Positions 29,305-64,000 of a DNA stretch of 64,000 bases are shown piece after piece; within the stretch, counting starts at the first letter, position 1; each line of letters starts with the position of its first letter. Under the pieces are notes generated by a model, which saw nothing but the letters and a program-made list of their open reading frames with translations, had not been told where the DNA came from and ran no database searches. Both the position numbers and the translations under genes were made by a program. The stretch comes from Amoebidium appalachense (lineage: Eukaryota > Protista > Ichthyosporea), in assembly GCA_963693365.1 (NCBI GenBank), contig CAVNZM010000010.1, positions 5,705,794 through 5,769,793 on the forward strand. The letters run 5' to 3'.

Positions 29305-29862
29305 GGGGGGGGGAGAGAGAGAGAGAGAGAGAGAAGAGGGAGAGGGAGAGGGCGAGAGAAAGAGAGGGGGGGGGGGGGGGGGGGGGGGGGGGGAGGGTGC
29401 AAATTGACGGCGAAGATTTCGGATGATTTCACTATTAACTTGACCTGTGTGTTGCTTAACAATAATAACACACTAAATTCTTTTTTTTATAAAAAATCTA
29501 TTAATAATCTCATGGCCGAGATCGTCACCAGATTCTGAAAGCGTTAAAGCAAAAAATGGACACAGTGCTGCATTGTAGTCTGACGGGCGACGTTGCACAT
29601 ATCGCCCGAAGACATAACATGCACTGCCGCGCTCAGATGGTAAAGTTTTTAAGTTTATTCAGAGCAAAAAGCATCAATGCAGCCTGAGAAATGACGTAAC
29701 ATGATTTGTAACCAATGATGCTGACTAAGGGTCATCAGTGTCTTGCAATGAACACAAGTATATCGTACGTAGATCCAGAGGTACTTGCATACTATTATCC
29801 TCCTCCCCCCCCCCCTCCCCCTTCTCCCCCCCCCACCCCCCCACACACACACCAAACAGCGA

Positions 29863-29905
<43 letters not shown>

Positions 29906-30166
29906 GAGAGAGAGGGAGGGAGAGGGAGGGAGGGAGGGAGTGAGTGAGTGAGTGAGGGAGGGAGAGAGGGAGTGAGGGAGGGAGGGACGGAGTGAGGGAG
30001 TGAGGGAGTCAGGGAGTTAAGGAGGGAGGGAGAGAAGGGGGGGGGGGGGGGGGGGAGGGGGAGGGAGCGAGAAAGAGAGAGAGGGAGGGGGGGGTGGGGG
30101 GGAGGGGGGAGAGAGAGAAGAGAGCGAGGCATCCCCAGGGTTATATACATATAGCCTCCTATCCAC

Positions 30167-39083
<8,917 letters not shown>

Positions 39084-39257
39084 GGTGCTGTGTGTTCTGC
39101 AGTGTGAATATATTAGCTACGTATATAAAGTACCCTATGTTTAGTTTTGTTTGCAGTGCATGGCATATAGGCATTTGTACGCCTCTTGCAGGCTACTGAA
39201 GTCTTATCTATTATCTACACACATATATTGGTGTGTTGTGGCTGGTGCCATGCATGC

Positions 39258-39280
39258 CCTACCACCTACTGAGGCGGTGT

Positions 39281-39317
<37 letters not shown>

Positions 39318-39841
39318 TTAAAAGGGACCGCCTAAGTAGATGTAAAAACGTCGCACGTGCGGCAACACGTCAGTACGTGTTAGATGCATGCCCCCAAGTT
39401 GAAAAATTTGGCGGGATGATTGCGCAAACAACACCATATAAGGCTAAATCGCGCCATCGGAGCGCGGCGCTCCGGAAGCAGCCATGGCAAAAACCACGTG
39501 CAAAAAAAACGTGTTTTCATGATAAAGCAAAGCACTGCACAAGTTATGAATAGTTAGTATATACGTACTGTGTATAAGAAGTGCGACTAATAGATGCTGG
39601 CAGAATACTAAGGGATATAAGATATAGTGACAGCTTGAGAAAAGTCAAAGCTTCTACTCGTTGTTGAAGGAGTGAATAAGTCTCACAATCTATTCATCCC
39701 ATACATACGAGAACATCCTAACACGTACTGACGTGTTGCCGCACGTGCGACGTTTTAACATCTACTTAGGCGGCCCCTTTTAAGTAGGAAAAAAAAAAAA
39801 AAAAAAAAAAAAAAGGAGACACCGCCTCAGTAGGTGGTAGG
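39258..39841. repeat. ~125-bp inverted repeats enclosing a ~330-bp spacer, between divergent genes (MITE-like or inverted promoter duplication)
   Basis: CCTACCACCTACTGAGGCGGTGTCTC-Tn-...-CGTCGCACGTGCGGCAACACGTCAGTACGTGTTAG at 39258-39383 is mirrored at ~39718-39841. No clear target-site duplication. Confidence 0.9.
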
Positions 39842-39883
39842 AGAACATCTGTTTGTTCATTACATCGTGGCAGCCTCGTGCAC

Positions 39884-50165
<10,282 letters not shown>

Positions 50166-50829
50166 GTAATCACGAGACAATGTCAGTCTGTTAATGTTGC
50201 GTGGACAGACGGCGCCCGATGGACGTTTCAATTTGTTAACACGAAGACATATAGAAGATTTGTAATTATGGTATTGGACTAGTGGACTTGACAAGTTGGC
50301 CCATGTCAATCCACAGGTTTACATATATTTCGGGGCAGGGTGGCAGGAGTGGTGGCAGGTGGTCACTGCATGAAGGTATAAGCTATATTTTTTGATTCAA
50401 ACTTAACTTCAGTGAAGGTACGAATGTTAAAAAACGCACAATGATTGCGAACAAGCACCGCTAGAAACACAGAAGAGCCAGTGGCAGTGAAGGCACCTTT
50501 TTTCCTTCTATTAAAGGTTTGCTGCTTGTACTCTGTCTGTTGCTGAGCCGCTCATGCTATCCAGTTGTATGCTCGTGCTTGGAGGCGGGTACCCAGAGTC
50601 AGACAAATAAATAATTGCATTTGAGACTGCACCAGGCAGACCAAAAGCACTTTATTACATACCAGGTGGTATACGCAGCAAGCCCAAAACAAGTTACGTT
50701 TCAGAACTTTTGCCGGAGTAAGCCCCGGACGGAGAATAACCAAACAGGACGAACATTAACAGAGGAAATAGTTCAACATGCATTTTAAAGTTACGCTTAA
50801 GAAGAGGTTGGGGGTCTCAGGTCAGCTAC

Positions 50830-50874
50830 AGTCCAAGCCACGGCCATCTATTCTAGATGGCCGTGAGTCCAAGC
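50830..50874. mobile_element. 27-bp hairpin insertion flanked by a 9-bp direct repeat
   Basis: AGTCCAAGC-[CACGGCCATCTA TTC TAGATGGCCGTG]-AGTCCAAGC. Confidence 0.75.
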
Positions 50875-50968
50875 TTAAATAAATCATTCGATATGCTAAT
50901 ATATACAGTCAAATGTTCAACATCAAGCGTACATTCATTAAAGTTGCAACATAATTCATCCGAACGCT

Positions 50969-51352
50969 TCATGCACCCAAACTCATAACAGACCGATCAG
51001 TTTGCTTGTCTCCTTGCTGCTTGGGTACCATAAAGAGGTCCCGAGCGATGAGCGCAGCCGTGCTTTTGTAGACACTGGTATGGTCTTCGGGAATTCGGAG
51101 AGGGGCAACATGAACTGGTGGCGGTCTGACACAATCTGTAGACTTCTGATGTGCGAGTCCTTGGCTTGGCGCTCTGCCGAGCGAACGTGAATCAACACTC
51201 GAGCTCACTGAACCCTCCGAAGCAGTTCTTGGTCGACAAAGGGTGCCAGACTGTGTCATATAGCGGGGTGCTGGCATGCTCATGTCAAAGAGAATGGTTT
51301 CGAGGCTGTCAACCCGCTCCATTGTAGACAACGTAGACACCTCCGCCCCCAT
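50969..51352 (-). CDS. Orphan 127-aa protein with N-myristoylation-type start (MGAEVS)
   Basis: Intronless ORF in unique sequence. TTTATATAAA at ~51692 and CCAAT motifs lie upstream. No family recognised. Confidence 0.55.
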   Translation of the reverse strand: MGAEVSTLSTMERVDSLETILFDMSMPAPRYMTQSGTLCRPRTASEGSVSSSVDSRSLGRAPSQGLAHQKSTDCVRPPPVHVAPLRIPEDHTSVYKSTAALIARDLFMVPKQQGDKQTDRSVMSLGA

Positions 51353-52788
51353 CTTTCCGTTTTTCTTGAATGGAAACAGTAGTGATATTATGATTTTACG
51401 TCAGCTTGTTGCAAAGACGAGCGATAACGTTTTAGACTGCCAAACTGAACGGTGGTTGCTTCAAGTTCATGCGTAACTATGACCTTTGTGTACATGTGTA
51501 TCTGCATACGAGGAGTGTGTGCTATTATTCCTTGCTTTTGTTTTGAGCACCAACGTATACAAAGCATGTAGATGTATTCTAAATAGAAAACGAGTTTGAG
51601 CTTTTGTTATCATGAAACAAAACAAGCCTTCGGAGGACACACGAACACACCCGATACCGCGACTGAGTCTGCCTGGCCAGGCTACGGCATCTTTATATAA
51701 ACTTCCAAACGCCAATCGGAAATCGCCAAATAGATTGTTTTAACGGCTATGTCGGCATTTCTCGATCGTGATGTAATATTTTTACCATATCCGGACTTTC
51801 CTAAAACGAACACTATATATATGGAAACTACCAATCAGTGCGCTCAATTTTATCAGGTTCGGCTGGCCGTGTGCCACCATGTACGTGATTTGGTGACGTC
51901 ATTCTTAACTTCGTGACATCTCAATGACATCTTGCAATTATGAACTACGTCATTACTACGTCATTGAGAAAGAAGACATAGACCTTAATTAGCACATGAC
52001 CTTTGGCCAATGTAAGAGCGGGTTGAGTTCCATGTGCGAAAGACCGAGGCTAAATATTTGGATCCAGTTCCAGCACATGATGTTTTTCAGGTAATTCAAT
52101 GTTGTAATTTTAAGAATATATCATATAAGTTTCAATATTAATTTTTTTCATGCGTTAAACAGGCATGTTGCCTAATGAGTGTGTTACACTATTAAACAGT
52201 CAGTAGCTTGTCGAATAGCTTATTAGCCGATAGTGTGCAGCGTATAAGGTTTGCAATATACCGCTTGTTGGCAAGGCGCAACTTGTTTCTGAACTTTGAA
52301 ACCGAAAATTCCGAGGTAATGAAAGAAAGCAGACTATATTCAAACCTTGTTTTGTACTGTCTATGCATTTTGAGGGAATAAATACAATGAATCACAATAT
52401 TCCTCTCTATCTCATAGGCTATTATTTAGCTGTTAGTTTTGGAATGGATCCCGAAACAGCTGTTGGTTGCTGGGAGTCGAACTCGGCAATATTGGCATGT
52501 GATCACGCAGCAATGAAAACGTGGCAGATGATTAGTTTTTGCTATCTATGAACGGCTCGGTTCAGACCGCCAGACCACGGTTTGCAATGTTGAATCGAAC
52601 TGAGCCGCTTCGAGTCGGTTCAGACCGGTCAACTCGGCATAAGTGCCACGCTGTTAGCCCGGTGTGATTTACCATGTTTGTGCGTGCAAAAGTGTGTGTG
52701 AGTGCCCTTGCGTGTGTGTGAAGTGTGTGTGGCAAGTAATTTTCCTGGGGGAGTTAAACGCTAGTTGATCCCCCGCCCGAAAACTTGT

Positions 52789-52863
<75 letters not shown>

Positions 52864-53721
52864 AGCCCCCACTTCCTCGGCCCGGTTGGCGGAAACTCGC
52901 CGGCCAAGGCTCAGACCGTGAACTGCTCAGACCGCGGTTTGGGTGGCCAAACCAAAACGAACCGAACCGTGAGGAATCGGATGTGTTTAATTGCGAAATG
53001 CATTGATTTTTTGTTCCAATTGTTTTCTACACCAATCATAATGGGCTACTCTTGCCCAGGAAATGCACCCCTTGAAGCCCCCTATGGTCAAGGGTTTCTT
53101 GAAATATCCGAAGGTTCATTGTACTAAAGAGGTTGCAGCTTGTTCGAGCGTATATACAATGGTTTATGGGTATAAAAATATTTTGTACATTATTCCAACA
53201 TTTATTACTCTTTATTAATTTCACCGTGCCTTCCAAAAAATTTGAATCTGAACCAATGATGTGATATGGTGACGAAGTTTCGCAATACAAACCCCTGAAA
53301 ATTGTAATACGGGATCTTGGAAGGCTATCCCGCGCCCTGGGAATTGCCAGGGCGAGTGGCGACGTGATGCACGCCACGCTATTGGTTCGCATATTTTGAA
53401 GTTGGAGTTAGTGCAAATAGTTTCAACACATAGCCGTTATCTCCCCGCCTCCTCGGCTCCATCATGGATATATGCCAAGGAAGGAACCATGAACAAACAA
53501 ACTCGGAGCCCTGAGGGAGGCCACAAACTTGAAATGAATTCTGCAAAGATGGCAAGAAATTCCGCCGAGATGGCATCACATATGTATACTATAACAACCC
53601 TTACGTATGTATGCCTGCCATTTCGTCTTCATTAAGCATACCTGTTTGATGATCATCATTTTGTGCTCGATGCGAGTGACATACATATGTGACCGTTCTC
53701 ACTTGAATGTCACGTGCCACG

Positions 53722-53833
53722 TGACTGTCTCACATCGTGTGGTGGCTGCGCTTGTGGCCATGTGACTGTTTCACATTGTGTGGTGGCTGCGCTTGTGGCC
53801 ATATGACTGTTTCACATTGTGTGGTGGCTGCGC
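53722..53833. repeat. 41-bp tandem repeat, ~2.7 copies
   Basis: TGACTGTTTCACATTGTGTGGTGGCTGCGCTTGTGGCCATA variants. Confidence 0.85.
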
Positions 53834-53987
53834 GCTTGTTTTGATCGTGTGGATTTTTGAGATGGGAAATGCTGGCGCACAGAACGGGAAAGGAAGCGGT
53901 GAGGCAGCTAGCTGCAGCATTTATACGAGGCAAGGAGAGTTTGGAAATCGGATGTGCAGAAGTGGATCGATGCATGATGTTCTTGCT

Positions 53988-54063
<76 letters not shown>

Positions 54064-54855
54064 TGTGCTAAATGACTCGTGCGTCGGATTTGAATGGAAC
54101 TCAGTTGACTGGAATGTGTGACTGTGCGTGTGTGTGCCGTGGATCATATATAGTATTACGTATGTGTGTCACTGCGAGCGTGTTTGGCCCAGTCTGAGAT
54201 CTCGAGAGCGGCCGGGGGCGGGGGCTGGGATGAGCTGACATATACCATATATAGCCAGGGAAGGGGGGACGTATCATTCGAATGCATGGGCAGAACCAAG
54301 TGTGACCATAGCTATGGGCACTCCTTAGGTCCTCCCTCAACTTGTACATGTATACCAGCCGGATAGACTGGAAACGTAAAGTTTGCTTCAGTAATTTTAT
54401 TTATGAATTTCACGATGTTGAACAAGAAGCACGCAAGGAGGCCTTGGATACACGGTGGAGCGGGTACCCACATACAACAGAACCGCACTTTGTTTGTGGA
54501 CACTGTGCATTTACCAGCATACGAAACAAGGTTGATCCCTCACAACAAATAAATTTAGGATCAAATTTTGGGCATGCACAGAAAACTCTTGGGAGCGGTA
54601 GGCTGTGCATAAAATGAGTCTCCTTTGCCAGTCTTATTCAAAAACACCTTGGAAGCATTTCTAAAACACAAAACAACATGCTCAGTGCAAGCAGCTCACT
54701 TTGGTTGCGTAAGAACACAGGATTCAAAACAGCCTAAAACGACGCTACACACAACCACTACATTTGAATTATTGCCAACAGGCCGCATCCTCGTTTTTTG
54801 TCGACCTAGCACCAGTTAGGAATGCCCTCTATGAGCTGATTCTTTTCTTGCAAGC

Positions 54856-63236
<8,381 letters not shown>

Positions 63237-63399
63237 CTGTGTGTGTGTGTGTGTGTGTGGTGGTGGGGGGGGGGGGGGGGGGGGGGGGGGGAGGGTTAGG
63301 TGGGTAGACGGGTGGGTGAGGGTGTGTGTGTGTGGGTGAATGGGTGGGTGTGGGTGTGGGTGTGGGTGTGGGTGTGTGTGTGCGTGTGTGTGTATGTGT

Positions 63400-63461
<62 letters not shown>

Positions 63462-63526
63462 ATGTGTGTGTGCATGTGTGTACGCGTGTGTGTTTGTGTG
63501 GGCATTTGTGTACGTGTATGTATGTG

Positions 63527-63558
<32 letters not shown>

Positions 63559-63573
63559 TGCGCGCGTGCGTGC

Positions 63574-63648
<75 letters not shown>

Positions 63649-63652
63649 GAGC

Positions 63653-63716
<64 letters not shown>

Positions 63717-64000
63717 ACCCCCGTGTTAGGCACGGTGTGTGTGTGTTGGGGGGTGACGGGGGAGGAGGGGCGGAGGGGGGAGAGGGAGAGGATGGGGACG
63801 GAGGGGGAAGATAAGAAAAAGCTTATCAGCATACAGGACTGCATCCCCGTCACCCTGTGCTTATCCAAGCATCATTCATCGTGTATTGGGCCCATAAGCA
63901 ATGAATGCACACACCACCCCGCCTCTCCGGCCCAATGTACCCTGGAAATCCCAAGCATGTACATATGTACCATCACAACCACCCCTCTCCCATCCCCCCC

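Noticed and set aside
52551-54617. Possible transposon remnant or gene (GGTTCAGACCG/AACCG motifs; ORFs 53396-53635, 53857-54075, 54342-54617)
   Set aside because: No consistent splice model, terminal repeats or recognisable domain.

Overview
Intron-rich eukaryotic genomic DNA. The gene set (synaptogyrin-like, syntenin-like, forkhead, Pat1) points to an opisthokont, probably a unicellular holozoan such as an ichthyosporean; this is inference. Introns are packed with poly-C/poly-G, (CA)n/(TG)n and (GA)n tracts, so most ORF-track entries are artefacts. By hand I could splice phase-consistent models for a synaptogyrin-like MARVEL protein (-), a tandem-PDZ syntenin-like protein (+), an ElaA/YjcF-type GNAT acetyltransferase (-, one GC-AG intron), an intronless forkhead factor (-), a 2OG-Fe(II) dioxygenase (-), TRMO/TsaA (+, 13 exons, one apparent G-run frameshift), the 3' part of Pat1 (-) and two orphan genes. 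The most notable signal is a non-coding repeat family at about 13 intronic loci in four genes. It is always in host-sense orientation, mostly ends at the same point on a C-run, is variably 5'-truncated, and occurs twice as ~2.8x head-to-tail arrays of a 452/453-bp unit. It carries a ~160-nt multi-stem core whose substitutions preserve pairing only on the sense strand. It is a candidate new structured, retro-mobile intronic RNA. Other oddities are a ~125-bp inverted repeat forming the region between two divergent genes, (CA)n-AG splice acceptors without pyrimidine tracts, and a 27-bp hairpin insertion with a 9-bp target-site duplication.
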